Below, piece by piece: positions 1-9,163 of a stretch of DNA of 64,000 bases; position 1 is the stretch's first letter, and each line of letters begins with the position of its first letter. The DNA is from an uncultured Bacillota bacterium. GTDB taxonomy: Bacteria; Bacillota; Clostridia; Christensenellales; UBA1242. The translations under genes were made by a program, and so were the position numbers. The stretch covers positions 41 through 64,040 of the forward strand of contig CAMRTM010000002.1 of the NCBI GenBank assembly GCA_947053645.1, read 5' to 3'. The notes beneath the pieces are model-generated. The model was not told where the DNA came from. It ran no database searches and was given only the letters and a program-made list of their open reading frames with translations.

Positions 1-79
1 GCATTGATTGCTCTTTTAATATATCAAAAAAAAACAGACTTGTCAACAAAAATTTGAATAATTTATAAAAAAATAATTT

Positions 80-109
80 AAAAGAAAAAAGAGGTTATGC
101 CTCTTTTTT
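80..109 (-). terminator. Rho-independent terminator of mscL; the stem overlaps the last codons and the stop
   Basis: 10-bp stem aaaaaagagg (85-94) / cctctttttt (100-109), loop ttatg. On the minus strand it is followed by a T-rich tract. Confidence 0.6.
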
Positions 110-721
110 CTTTTTGCTTTGTTTAGTTACTTCTTTTTCTTGAAGTGCTTTAAGTATTTCTTTAAGTAGGTACTCTGTGGAGTTGTGGTATTTCTCTTCT
201 TCAGCAAGTTTTGCTTTTGCTTCCTCTTCAAGTTTTGCAAGTTCTGCTCTTCTAGCTTTTTCATCAAGGTAACCTTTGACAGCCTCTTTGTCTTTAAGGT
301 TAATTCCTTCTGCCTTCATTTCTTTTCTTTGCTCTCTAGTTATTTTTGGTTTCATAGCGGTAGTTGCATCTTTAAAGAGTTTGCTGCTTTTCATTGCTAC
401 TTTCAATATAATGAAAAGAGTCATAGCAATAATCAAGAAATTAAGAACCGCTGAAATGAATGCACCCCAGTCAATATATATTGCATTTTTAAGTGGCTCT
501 AATGGGTCGCTGCCAGGTATAAGTATAGTAACTGCTCCTTCCAGTCCATTTTCACCACCACTTATAACTGAAAGAAGTGCGTTAATAAGTGGCATAATAA
601 TTTGATCGGTGAACGCTTTAACAATCGCATTGAAGGCGCCGCCTACGATAACGCCGACAGCCATATCTAATATGTTGCCACGGGTTATAAACTTTTTAAA
701 ATCTCTAAAAAACTGTTTCAT
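95..721 (-). CDS. mscL: Large-conductance mechanosensitive channel MscL with a long charged C-terminal extension
   Basis: The N-terminus MKQFFRDFKKFITRGNILDMAVGVIVGGAFNAIV matches the MscL TM1 signature. It is 208 aa versus about 130-150 typical. Confidence 0.9.
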   Translation of the reverse strand: MKQFFRDFKKFITRGNILDMAVGVIVGGAFNAIVKAFTDQIIMPLINALLSVISGGENGLEGAVTILIPGSDPLEPLKNAIYIDWGAFISAVLNFLIIAMTLFIILKVAMKSSKLFKDATTAMKPKITREQRKEMKAEGINLKDKEAVKGYLDEKARRAELAKLEEEAKAKLAEEEKYHNSTEYLLKEILKALQEKEVTKQSKKKKEA

Positions 722-869
722 ATTTCCTCTCTTTTACGACAATATTTTAAATAATTTTATATAATAAATCAAATAAAATTAAGAGGAATATAAAACTTTT
801 TAATTTGCACAAATAAAGAGAGGATATAATACCATGATAATGAGGCTAAAAGCCTTTTGGAGAATACAC

Positions 870-1391
870 ATGCCATGTAATTTAAATTTTAATGAGTGTA
901 GACTCGGGCCGAATTATCCCACACCAATCTACACTTGTCGAGAGCAATTATTAAGGTTATTAGATACATCATCAAACACAGTGATAAATCCAATAGTGTT
1001 AGCGACATGGTCATTTCTTAATTTCACGCCAACGCAGGTCATCCCAAGTGGCGGAAATGTAGGACTTACCCTCGCGTCCAGTATCGGCACTGATATCACT
1101 CTTGGAGTAGGCGATACAATTATTTTAAAAAGCGGAACATATAGAATAAATTATGCGTCAAATGGGATTATTCCATCCAATGGTGCCCTGTCACTTGCGG
1201 TATATCAAAACGGCGTGTTGCTTGCCGACTCAATAGCCACTGTAAATGGAAGCGTAGGGTCGAATGTAAACATTGCAGGTGATAGTGTAATTACGGTTCC
1301 AACTCAAGGGGTGATGCTTACTATAAGAAATAACAACTCAGTGAGTGAAACAATAAACTCAGGAAATGTATTTATAACTAGGATAAACTAA
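870..1391 (+). CDS. Hypothetical protein with a BclA C-terminal-like (C1q/TNF-like) domain and no collagen repeats
   Basis: ATG at 870 follows RBS ggaga (859-863). The ORF-track start at 834 lies at or inside the TATAAT box (825-830). The C-terminal ~120 aa (GTDITLGVGDTIILKSGTYRINY...LAVYQNGVLL...NVFITRIN) follow the beta-strand pattern of exosporium BclA C-terminal domains. Confidence 0.5.
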   Translation: MPCNLNFNECRLGPNYPTPIYTCREQLLRLLDTSSNTVINPIVLATWSFLNFTPTQVIPSGGNVGLTLASSIGTDITLGVGDTIILKSGTYRINYASNGIIPSNGALSLAVYQNGVLLADSIATVNGSVGSNVNIAGDSVITVPTQGVMLTIRNNNSVSETINSGNVFITRIN

Positions 1392-1392
1392 C

Positions 1393-1408
1393 AAGCCCGA
1401 TGGGGCTT
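1393..1408 (+). terminator. Weak terminator-like hairpin after the BclA-like gene
   Basis: Stem aagccc / gggctt with loop gatg; only a weak T tract follows. Confidence 0.35.
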
Positions 1409-1519
1409 TACATAAACTTTGACAACTTTCTTCTCAATTTTCTAATAAAAAACAAATTTGATTGCCTAAAAGATAATCTATGGTGTATACTTATACTATA
1501 AAAGCGAGAGGAGGGTGAG

Positions 1520-1690
1520 ATGAAAACGAATAAAGAACCGAAGTTTGAAGAAAGTGATGCATGTGTATTTTTCAGAGCGCTTGAATTAAGTGGCGACCCA
1601 CAACTTGTAAGGCATTTCTGTAAAAGCATGAAGATATGGAATAAAACTCTCCTTGAAGAAGCTCGTAAAAGGGAAGCGGAGAGGGAATAA
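1520..1690 (+). CDS. Small hypothetical protein (56 aa) immediately upstream of recO
   Basis: RBS gaggagggtga then ATG at 1520; TAA at 1688-1690, 2 nt before the recO ATG. It is below the ORF-track size cutoff. Translation: MKTNKEPKFEESDACVFFRALELSGDPQLVRHFCKSMKIWNKTLLEEARKREAERE. Confidence 0.45.
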   Translation: MKTNKEPKFEESDACVFFRALELSGDPQLVRHFCKSMKIWNKTLLEEARKREAERE

Positions 1691-1692
1691 TA

Positions 1693-2415
1693 ATGGGCTC
1701 TACAAAGGTTAAAGCGTTAGTAATCGAATCAAAAGACTATAAAGAAAAGGACAAGCTAATCACACTTTATACTCTCGAACAAGGCAAGCTCGTTTGCGTC
1801 ATGCGTGGAGTGCGAGGGGAGAAAGCAAAACTTAAATCCGCCAAAGAAATATTTTCCTTTGGTGAATATGTAATAGAAGATGGAAAAGGTTTTAATATTA
1901 TCACTCAAGCCGAAGTCATTGATTCTTTTTACGGGCTTACGAAAGATATTGATAAATATTATGAAGGATGTGCAATAATAGATATTTTAAAAAAAATATC
2001 AACTTTTGAAAGCGAACCGGCACTATTTATTGAAATTATTAAGTGTTTGCAAGCATTATGTTATAATAATGTAAGAAAATATTATTGTATAGATAAATTT
2101 TTATTAAGTGTATTCAAAGCGCTAGGCTATTCTTTTGTTACAAATGATTGCTCGTCTTGTAGAGCAAGACTTGGCGGTATAAAATATTTTAATCTTGAAA
2201 TAGGAGAGGTTGTCTGTCCAAGTTGTAAAAGTGGGATGAGTATACATATAAGTGAGGCGTGCTATATTGCACTTAAATTGCTAAGCGAAATTTCTTATGA
2301 AAAGTTATCCTCGTTAAAACTTGGCGGCGGCGGAGCAGAGGAGTGCTACCGCTTACTTGAAAAGAATTTTGAATGGCGCACTGGAGGAAAATTTTTCTCC
2401 ATCCCAACCATATAA
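1693..2415 (+). CDS. recO: DNA repair protein RecO
   Basis: 240 aa. OB-fold N-terminus (KALVIESKDYKEKDKLITLYT) and a CxxC...CxxC zinc motif (CSSCRA...CPSCKS). Confidence 0.9.
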   Translation: MGSTKVKALVIESKDYKEKDKLITLYTLEQGKLVCVMRGVRGEKAKLKSAKEIFSFGEYVIEDGKGFNIITQAEVIDSFYGLTKDIDKYYEGCAIIDILKKISTFESEPALFIEIIKCLQALCYNNVRKYYCIDKFLLSVFKALGYSFVTNDCSSCRARLGGIKYFNLEIGEVVCPSCKSGMSIHISEACYIALKLLSEISYEKLSSLKLGGGGAEECYRLLEKNFEWRTGGKFFSIPTI

Positions 2416-2477
2416 AGGTCCTAAAATCATAGGGCTTTTTTGTTATAAAATTTATTTTATTTTTCTCATAAAAACTC

Positions 2478-2506
2478 TTGACAAAGGACTAGGCATTTGT
2501 TAAACT
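2478..2506 (+). promoter_or_regulatory. Sigma-A type promoter of the S10 operon
   Basis: TTGACA (2478-2483), 17-nt spacer, TAAACT (2501-2506). Confidence 0.7.
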
Positions 2507-2512
2507 ATCTAT

Positions 2513-2726
2513 GCTGTGAAATATGGGTTGAAATATGAGGTTACTTTAATTACCAGCAATTAAAGAGAACTCATATGGACAAGTCCGTGGCAGTGACCGC
2601 GGGCGACTAATCATAAGTCACATTTTTTAAAGTCCGACAGCACGAAACGCACGGGAGCGTGTACCGTAGTTTTGATAGGCAGGGATGTGATGATTAGCGA
2701 GGCTATTACAGGAGGTAAATTAATTA
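2513..2726 (+). promoter_or_regulatory. Structured ~210-nt 5' leader of rpsJ (candidate ribosomal-protein leader or attenuator)
   Basis: Hairpin 2533-2576 (7 bp + 8 bp). Hairpin ccgtgg/ccgcgg at 2585-2602. Long-range 13-bp helix 2607-2623 / 2685-2697, ending 12 nt before RBS aggagg (2710-2715). Confidence 0.5.
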
Positions 2727-3035
2727 ATGGCAACACAAAAAATCAGAATTAAATTAAAGGCCTTTGAACACTCACTCATTGATGAAGCGTGTAAGAGAAT
2801 AATTGACACTGCTGAGAAGAGTGGTGCAAAAGTTTCAGGCCCAATCCCACTTCCAACAGATAGAGAAGTGGTAACCGTAATCCGTTCACCACACAAACAC
2901 AAAGATAGTCGTGAACAATTCGAGTCTAGGACTCACAAAAGACTTATTGATATTTATTCACCATCTACAAAGGCAGTAGACGCTCTAATGAAAATCGACT
3001 TGCCAGCAGGTGTTGATATAAAAATCAAACTGTAA
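2727..3035 (+). CDS. rpsJ: 30S ribosomal protein S10
   Basis: [15 protein letters not shown]...; first gene of the S10 operon. Confidence 0.98.
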   Translation: MATQKIRIKLKAFEHSLIDEACKRIIDTAEKSGAKVSGPIPLPTDREVVTVIRSPHKHKDSREQFESRTHKRLIDIYSPSTKAVDALMKIDLPAGVDIKIKL

Positions 3036-3046
3036 GGAGGAAGATA

Positions 3047-3679
3047 ATGAAAAAAGCAATAGTTGGAAAGAAACTTGGCATGACTCAAGTCTTCACTCCA
3101 GAAGGTTTGGTTGTACCAGTTACAGTAGTAGAGGCAGGTCCATGCCCAGTCGTACAAATTAAGAGCGACGAAAAGGACGGGTATAGCGCAGTAGTAGTTG
3201 CGTTCCAAAAACAAAAAGCATCACGCGTAAACAAACCAAGTGCAGGGGCTTTCAAAAAGGCTGGAGTTGAAACCTTCAGAATGGTAAAAGAGTTAAGATT
3301 TGAAAACGCAAGTGAATACACTCTCGGCCAAGAAATTAAATGCGATATCTTTGCAGAGGGCGACAAAGTGGATGTTACTGGCACCACTCGCGGTCGTGGA
3401 TTCACAGGTGTTATCCAAAGATGGAATCAACACAGACTTAAAATGACTCACGGTACTGGCCCTGTACATAGAGAAGTCGGCTCTATGGGTGCAAACTCTA
3501 CACCATCAAGAGTGTTCAAGAATAAACATCTTGCAGGACACTATGGTGTTGAAAGGGTAACTATTCAAAACCTTGAAATTGTTAAGGTTGATACCGATAG
3601 AAACATCTTACTTGTAAAAGGTTGTATCCCAGGACCTAAGGGAAGTGTGGTAACAATCCGTGAGAGCAAGAAGGCATAA
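3047..3679 (+). CDS. rplC: 50S ribosomal protein L3
   Basis: MKKAIVGKKLGMTQVFT...; synteny. Confidence 0.98.
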   Translation: MKKAIVGKKLGMTQVFTPEGLVVPVTVVEAGPCPVVQIKSDEKDGYSAVVVAFQKQKASRVNKPSAGAFKKAGVETFRMVKELRFENASEYTLGQEIKCDIFAEGDKVDVTGTTRGRGFTGVIQRWNQHRLKMTHGTGPVHREVGSMGANSTPSRVFKNKHLAGHYGVERVTIQNLEIVKVDTDRNILLVKGCIPGPKGSVVTIRESKKA

Positions 3680-3690
3680 AGGAGAAAGAC

Positions 3691-4317
3691 ATGGCAAAAG
3701 TAAAAGTTTTTAATATGGGCGCCCAAGAAGTTGGGACTATGACACTTTCTAAAGACCTTTTTGAAGTTGAATATAACGAACCACTTATTCATGAAGCGGT
3801 AGTTGCATACAATGCAAATCAAAGACAAGGAAATAAATCTACTCTTACAAGAAGTGAAGTGAGAGGAAAGGCTGCAAAACCTTGGAGACAAAAAGGCACT
3901 GGTAGGGCAAGACATGGCTCTAGAAAAGCACCACAATGGACAGGCGGCGGAATTGCTTTCGCACCAAAACCAAGAGACTTTTCAAAGAAGATGAATAAGC
4001 AAGCAAGAAGATACGCCCTTCTTTCCGCACTCAGCGAAAAGATTAGACAGGGACAGGTAACAGTACTTGATAAACTTGCTTTCACAGAAGCAAAGACAAA
4101 AGAAGCACAAGCTTTTGTAGATGCATTTAAATTCAACGGCAGTGTACTTGTAGTAAATGACGCAAATGACACTAAAGTTAAAAGAGCAACTGCAAACCTT
4201 GTAAATCTTGGAATCGAAGAAGCGGCAAACCTTAATGTTTACGAAGTTGTTGCTTCTAAAAACATTGTACTTACTCAAAGTGCAATAAAATCAATCGAGG
4301 AGGCATACGCAGAATAA
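3691..4317 (+). CDS. rplD: 50S ribosomal protein L4
   Basis: KPWRQKGTGRARHGS motif; synteny. Confidence 0.98.
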   Translation: MAKVKVFNMGAQEVGTMTLSKDLFEVEYNEPLIHEAVVAYNANQRQGNKSTLTRSEVRGKAAKPWRQKGTGRARHGSRKAPQWTGGGIAFAPKPRDFSKKMNKQARRYALLSALSEKIRQGQVTVLDKLAFTEAKTKEAQAFVDAFKFNGSVLVVNDANDTKVKRATANLVNLGIEEAANLNVYEVVASKNIVLTQSAIKSIEEAYAE

Positions 4318-4619
4318 TGGAAGCACATGAAATTATTAAGAAACCACTATTAACTGAGAAAAGTTATGCTGGAATCGGCAACAAAGTTTACTCTTTTGTA
4401 GTTGATAAAAGAGCAAATAAGGTGGAAATTAAAAACGCCGTAGAAACTCTTTTCGCAGTTCAAGTGGAAAAAGTAAATACCTGTATGGTAAAGGGACATA
4501 AGAAAGTCCAAAATACAAAGGCTGGAAGAACAGAAGGAAGAACTTCAGATTACAAAAAAGCAATTGTAACACTGAAAGAGTCTTCAAAAACAATAGCGTT
4601 CTTCGACAGTTTATCTTAA
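4317..4619 (+). CDS. rplW: 50S ribosomal protein L23
   Basis: IIKKPLLTEKS motif; synteny. Confidence 0.97.
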   Translation: MEAHEIIKKPLLTEKSYAGIGNKVYSFVVDKRANKVEIKNAVETLFAVQVEKVNTCMVKGHKKVQNTKAGRTEGRTSDYKKAIVTLKESSKTIAFFDSLS

Positions 4620-4636
4620 TAGGAGGTTAGGTCATT

Positions 4637-5464
4637 ATGGCAATTAAAATGCACAATCCCACTTCAGCTGGAAGAAGATTCTATACGACCTCTTCCTACG
4701 ACGAAGTAACAAAGAAAACACCTGAGAAATCTCTTCTTGCTAAGAAAGATAAGCATGCAGGAAGAAATGCTACAGGAAGAATCACCGTAAGACATCAAGG
4801 CGGTGGAAATAGACAAAAATATCGTATTATTGATTTCAAACGCAATAAAGACAATGTGCCTGCAAAGGTAGTTGGAATCGAGTATGACCCAAATAGAACG
4901 GCATATATTGCACTTCTCAGCTATGCTGATGGGGAAAAGAGATACATTATCGCTCCAGTAGGACTTAAAGATGGCGACATCGTTATGAGCGGAGAGAATG
5001 TAGAAATAAAAGTCGGAAACAATCTTCCAATATCTTCAATTCCAGTTGGTACTTTAATTCATAATATTGAACTTGAACCAAATAAAGGTGGACAACTTGC
5101 TCGCAGTGCGGGAAGTGAAGTACAACTTATGGCTAAGGAAGGAAAGTATGCAACTTTAAGACTTCCAAGTGGAGAAATGAGAAAGGTACTTCTTAACTGC
5201 CGTGCTACAATCGGAACAGTAGGAAACCTTGACCATGAACTTGTATCGCTTGGTAAAGCAGGAAGAAAAAGACATATGGGTGTAAGACCAGCCGTTCGTG
5301 GTGTGGCTATGAACCCTAATGATCACAAGCATGGTGGTGGTGAAGGAAAGAGCCCAGTTGGTCTTAAGTCACCAGTTACTCCTTGGGGTAAGCCAGCACT
5401 TGGATACAAGACAAGAAAGAAGAAAAATCGCTCTAACCGCTTAATGGTTAAGAGAGTTAATTAG
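4637..5464 (+). CDS. rplB: 50S ribosomal protein L2
   Basis: [16 protein letters not shown] and [12 protein letters not shown] motifs. Confidence 0.98.
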   Translation: MAIKMHNPTSAGRRFYTTSSYDEVTKKTPEKSLLAKKDKHAGRNATGRITVRHQGGGNRQKYRIIDFKRNKDNVPAKVVGIEYDPNRTAYIALLSYADGEKRYIIAPVGLKDGDIVMSGENVEIKVGNNLPISSIPVGTLIHNIELEPNKGGQLARSAGSEVQLMAKEGKYATLRLPSGEMRKVLLNCRATIGTVGNLDHELVSLGKAGRKRHMGVRPAVRGVAMNPNDHKHGGGEGKSPVGLKSPVTPWGKPALGYKTRKKKNRSNRLMVKRVN

Positions 5465-5475
5465 GAGAGACAAGT

Positions 5476-5757
5476 ATGAGCAGATCATTAAAGAAAAAGC
5501 CTTATGTTCATCCAAGTTTGATGAAAAAAGTCAATGAAATGACAGCATCTGGCGTTAAAAAGCCAATTAAAACTTGGTCAAGAGCATCTACAATTTATCC
5601 TGAATTTGTTGGCTTTACATTTGCAGTACACAATGGAAAGAAGCATGTTCCAGTATATTGCACTGCTGACATGGTAGGACATAAACTTGGAGAGTTCTCT
5701 CCAACAAGAACCTATAAAGGTCACACTAAAAAGGCGTCAGCCGCAGGTAAGAGATAA
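5476..5757 (+). CDS. rpsS: 30S ribosomal protein S19
   Basis: [11 protein letters not shown]...[10 protein letters not shown]. Confidence 0.98.
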   Translation: MSRSLKKKPYVHPSLMKKVNEMTASGVKKPIKTWSRASTIYPEFVGFTFAVHNGKKHVPVYCTADMVGHKLGEFSPTRTYKGHTKKASAAGKR

Positions 5758-5768
5758 GGAGGGGAGAG

Positions 5769-6161
5769 ATGGCTACAAGAATTAGACAAAAAGCAGAAAA
5801 TAGACAAAAAAATAAAGACACTCGCCCCTTTGCAAGAGCAAATCATGTAAGAATGAGTAGTTCAAAGGTGAGAATTGTTCTTGATTTAATTCGTGGCAAA
5901 AAAGCACTCTACGCAGTAGCAATGCTTGAAAATATGCCAGACAGCGCCGCAAAAGAAACTTTAAAAGTATTAAAGAGTGCAATTGCAAACGCTGAAAACA
6001 ATAAGGGCATGAACGCTGAGAACCTAGTTGTTGCAGAATGCTATGCAACCGGCGGACCAGTTCTCAAGAGAATACACTATGCGGGCAAAGGCTCTGCCAA
6101 CAGAATACTCAAAAGGACTTCACATATCACAGTAGTGCTTGATGAAGTGGTAGGAGGCTAA
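5769..6161 (+). CDS. rplV: 50S ribosomal protein L22 (N-terminally extended)
   Basis: HVRMSSSKVRIVLDLIRGK core, preceded by about 20 extra basic residues. Confidence 0.96.
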   Translation: MATRIRQKAENRQKNKDTRPFARANHVRMSSSKVRIVLDLIRGKKALYAVAMLENMPDSAAKETLKVLKSAIANAENNKGMNAENLVVAECYATGGPVLKRIHYAGKGSANRILKRTSHITVVLDEVVGG

Positions 6162-6162
6162 G

Positions 6163-6837
6163 ATGGGACAAAAAGTTAATCCAATAGGACTTCGTGTCGG
6201 AATTAATAAAGATTGGGATTCTACTTGGTATGCTGACAAACAAACCTTTGCAGCAAATCTTAAAGAGGATCAAGAAATCCGTAAATTCTTAAAGAAAAAG
6301 TATGCCACAAGTGCAATTTCAAAGATAACTATTGAAAGAACTGAGGGCAAACTTGTTATCAATATCTTCACTGGAAAACCAGGAATGATCATTGGTACAA
6401 AAGGTGCTGGAATTGAAACAATAAAGAAAGAAATTTCTAAAATGATTCGTCCAGTAAAACTTCTTGTTATCAATGTTAAAGAAGTTAAGAAAGTAGACCT
6501 TGACGCTCAACTTGTTGCAGAAAGCATTGCTTCTCAACTTGAAAAGCGTGTCGCAGGAAAGAGAGCATTAAAACAAGCACTTCAAAGAGTAATGAAGGCT
6601 GGTGCTAAGGGATGTAAAGTACAAATATCAGGTGTTCTTGCCAAAGCAAATGACAAGGCGATGACTGAGAAATATAAGGAAGGAAGTCTTCCACTTCACA
6701 CTCTTAGAGCGGATATTGATTATGGTGAGGCAGCCGCTTACACTATGATCGGTAAAATCGGTGTTAAATGCTGGATTTACAAAGGCGATATTCTTGGCGC
6801 AAAAAAGTCTTCTAATGCAAAAGGAGGGCAAGAATAA
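6163..6837 (+). CDS. rpsC: 30S ribosomal protein S3
   Basis: [20 protein letters not shown]. Confidence 0.98.
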   Translation: MGQKVNPIGLRVGINKDWDSTWYADKQTFAANLKEDQEIRKFLKKKYATSAISKITIERTEGKLVINIFTGKPGMIIGTKGAGIETIKKEISKMIRPVKLLVINVKEVKKVDLDAQLVAESIASQLEKRVAGKRALKQALQRVMKAGAKGCKVQISGVLAKANDKAMTEKYKEGSLPLHTLRADIDYGEAAAYTMIGKIGVKCWIYKGDILGAKKSSNAKGGQE

Positions 6838-7274
6838 TGTTAATGCCAAAGAGAGTTAAAAGAAGAAAGGTTTTTAGAGGCAGAATGACAGGTAAGGCTA
6901 CAAGAGGTAATACTCTTGCTTACGGAACATATGGCATCATGGCTATGGAACCTTGCTGGATAAAATCAAATCAAATCGAAGCTGCTCGTATTGCTATGAC
7001 TCGTTATATCAAGCGTGGTGGTAAGGTTTGGATTAAGATATTCCCAGACAAGCCAGTATCAAAGAAAGCCATCGGAACAAGAATGGGTTCTGGTAAAGGT
7101 GCTCCTGAGTTCTGGGTAGCAGTAGTTAAACCGGGCAGAGTTCTGTTTGAAATTGAAGGAGTGGCAGAAGAGGTTGCCAAAGAGGCATTAAGACTTGCTG
7201 GTCACAAACTTCCATGCAAAGTAAAATTTGTAAAAAGAGAACAAAACGAAGGTGGTGTGAAAGATGAAAATTAG
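6837..7274 (+). CDS. rplP: 50S ribosomal protein L16
   Basis: [17 protein letters not shown]. Confidence 0.98.
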   Translation: MLMPKRVKRRKVFRGRMTGKATRGNTLAYGTYGIMAMEPCWIKSNQIEAARIAMTRYIKRGGKVWIKIFPDKPVSKKAIGTRMGSGKGAPEFWVAVVKPGRVLFEIEGVAEEVAKEALRLAGHKLPCKVKFVKREQNEGGVKDEN

Positions 7275-7473
7275 TGAAATCAAGACCCTTTCAATCGGGG
7301 AGTTAAACGCTAGACTCAAAGAATTAAATAGCGAATTATTTAATCTTCGTTTCTCTCACGCTACTAGAAACCTTGCAAATCCAATGCGCATTCATGAATG
7401 TAAGAAAGAGATTGCAAGAGTTAAAACTGTAATAAGAGAAAAAGAAATGGCTGGAGGAAACGATGGAAAATAG
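7264..7473 (+). CDS. rpmC: 50S ribosomal protein L29
   Basis: [20 protein letters not shown]; synteny. Confidence 0.96.
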   Translation: MKISEIKTLSIGELNARLKELNSELFNLRFSHATRNLANPMRIHECKKEIARVKTVIREKEMAGGNDGK

Positions 7474-7723
7474 AAATTCAAGACTCACCAGAGAGGGCAT
7501 AGTTGTCAGTGCTGGAAAAATGAATAAGACAGTAGTTGTCAATGTCGTTTCCAGAGTAAAAAGTCCAATCTACAAAAAAGTCGTACAACAATCAAAGAAA
7601 TTCAAAGCTCACGATGAGAACAATGAATGCCAAATCGGGGATAGAGTTCGTATTATGGAAACTAGACCACTTAGCAAAGATAAATACTATCGCGTTGTAG
7701 AAATCGTAGAGAAAGCGAAGTAA
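7463..7723 (+). CDS. rpsQ: 30S ribosomal protein S17
   Basis: [17 protein letters not shown]...[11 protein letters not shown]. Confidence 0.97.
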   Translation: MENRNSRLTREGIVVSAGKMNKTVVVNVVSRVKSPIYKKVVQQSKKFKAHDENNECQIGDRVRIMETRPLSKDKYYRVVEIVEKAK

Positions 7724-7735
7724 GGAGGAGAGAAT

Positions 7736-8104
7736 ATGATACAACCTCAAACAAGATTAAAAGTAGCTGATAACACAGGGGCTAAAGAGATAATGTGTAT
7801 TCGCGTACTCGGAGGCTCATATAGAAGAAGTGGTAACATCGGCGATGTTATCGTAGCATCAGTTAAGAAAGCAATCCCAGGCGGAACAGCCAAGAAGGGA
7901 GATGTTGTTAAGGCGGTAATCGTGCGTACCACCAAAGGACTTCGCAGACCAGACGGCTCACACATCAGATTTGACGATAACGCCGCAGTAATAATCGACA
8001 ATCAAAAACAACCAAAAGGAACTCGTGTATTCGGACCAATCGCGAGAGAACTCCGTGATAGAGGATATATGAAGATTATCTCTCTTGCACCGGATGTTAT
8101 ATAA
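7736..8104 (+). CDS. rplN: 50S ribosomal protein L14
   Basis: [27 protein letters not shown]. Confidence 0.98.
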   Translation: MIQPQTRLKVADNTGAKEIMCIRVLGGSYRRSGNIGDVIVASVKKAIPGGTAKKGDVVKAVIVRTTKGLRRPDGSHIRFDDNAAVIIDNQKQPKGTRVFGPIARELRDRGYMKIISLAPDVI

Positions 8105-8116
8105 AAGGAGCAAACT

Positions 8117-8590
8117 ATGAAAATGGCAATAAAGAAAGGGGATACCGTAGTCGTAATTGCTGGAAAAGAGAAAGGCAAAAGCGGCAAAGTAATCGATGTA
8201 TATCCAGATTCAAACCGAATACTTGTAGAGAATGTAAATCAGGTTAAAAGACATCAAAAACCAAAATCTCAGCAAGACAAAGGTGGAATAATCACAAAGA
8301 ATGCACCATTTGACGCATCAAATGCAATGGTAGTTTGCCCAGTATGCGGGAAGGCTACAAGGGTGGCTCACACAGTAATCGAGGGAGAGAAGGTCCGTGC
8401 TTGCAAAAAATGCAAAGGCTCGCTTGATAAAAAATATGTTAAACAGTCTAAGAAAGAGGTGAAGAAAGCGACTTCAACTAAAAAGACAGAAACTTCTGAA
8501 ACTAAAACTGAAGTAAAAGCACCTGCTAAAAAGACTACAACAACAAAAACAACAACAAAAAAGTCGACAAGTACAAAGAAAGATAATTAG
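8117..8590 (+). CDS. rplX: 50S ribosomal protein L24 with a CxxC...CxxC knuckle and a ~45-aa Lys/Thr-rich C-terminal tail
   Basis: KOW N-terminus [21 protein letters not shown]. Zinc-type motif [10 protein letters not shown]...RACKKCKG. Tail [42 protein letters not shown]. Confidence 0.95.
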   Translation: MKMAIKKGDTVVVIAGKEKGKSGKVIDVYPDSNRILVENVNQVKRHQKPKSQQDKGGIITKNAPFDASNAMVVCPVCGKATRVAHTVIEGEKVRACKKCKGSLDKKYVKQSKKEVKKATSTKKTETSETKTEVKAPAKKTTTTKTTTKKSTSTKKDN

Positions 8591-8601
8591 GAGCGATAAA
8601 A

Positions 8602-9153
8602 ATGGCAAAAGAACAAAACAGAATTGCAGTTATGTATAAGAATGAAGTAGTTCCTGCACTTGTTAAGGAATTTGGCTACAAAAACCCTAACGAAGTTCCT
8701 AAACTCGTAAAAATTGTACTTAATATAGGGCTTGGTGATGTTAAATCAAACTCAAAAAGCTTTAACATCGCAGTAGAAGAACTCACAGTTATTGCTGGAC
8801 AAAAACCAGTGGTAACAACTGCAAAGAAATCAATTTCTAACTTTGGACTTAGAGAAGGACAAAAAATTGGTGCAAAAGTTACTCTAAGAGGGGACAGAAT
8901 GTATGAATTTTTTGATAGACTCACAGCAATAGCACTTCCAAGAGTTAGGGACTTCAAAGGCATTCCAGAGAAGTCATTTGATGGCAAGGGAAATTACTCA
9001 ATGGGAATCAAAGAGCAATTAATCTTCCCAGAAATCGTATATGAAAAAGTCGAAAAAATCAGAGGTTTTGATATTACTTTTGTGACCACTGCTAAGACAA
9101 ACCAAGAAGCAAAAGCACTTTTAAAGGCACTCGGATTGCCTTTCGCTAGATAG
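8602..9153 (+). CDS. rplE: 50S ribosomal protein L5
   Basis: [14 protein letters not shown]...; synteny. Confidence 0.98.
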   Translation: MAKEQNRIAVMYKNEVVPALVKEFGYKNPNEVPKLVKIVLNIGLGDVKSNSKSFNIAVEELTVIAGQKPVVTTAKKSISNFGLREGQKIGAKVTLRGDRMYEFFDRLTAIALPRVRDFKGIPEKSFDGKGNYSMGIKEQLIFPEIVYEKVEKIRGFDITFVTTAKTNQEAKALLKALGLPFAR

Positions 9154-9163
9154 GAGAGAAGAT

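Noticed and set aside
1408-1629. 73-aa minus-strand ORF between the BclA-like gene and recO.
   Set aside because: It has no RBS and a low-complexity Ser/Leu/Phe-rich translation. It is antisense to the better-supported 56-aa ORF that is coupled to recO.
3085-3405. Numerous 60-170-aa ORFs antisense to, or out of frame within, ribosomal protein genes, rpoA, dnaE, ftsW, murA, ftsZ and others. Examples: 3085-3405, 3565-3936, 17222-17728, 25490-25996, 26570-27073, 50822-51277, 55412-55765.
   Set aside because: They lie entirely inside confidently identified genes. They have low-complexity or Ser/Leu/Phe-rich translations typical of antisense frames in AT-rich genomes. They lack RBSs.
8330-8420. 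The CxxC...CxxC zinc-knuckle in L24 as a novelty.
   Set aside because: To my recollection the same four-Cys arrangement exists in Thermus L24, so it is probably an ancestral zinc-form variant. Only the tail is reported as a finding.
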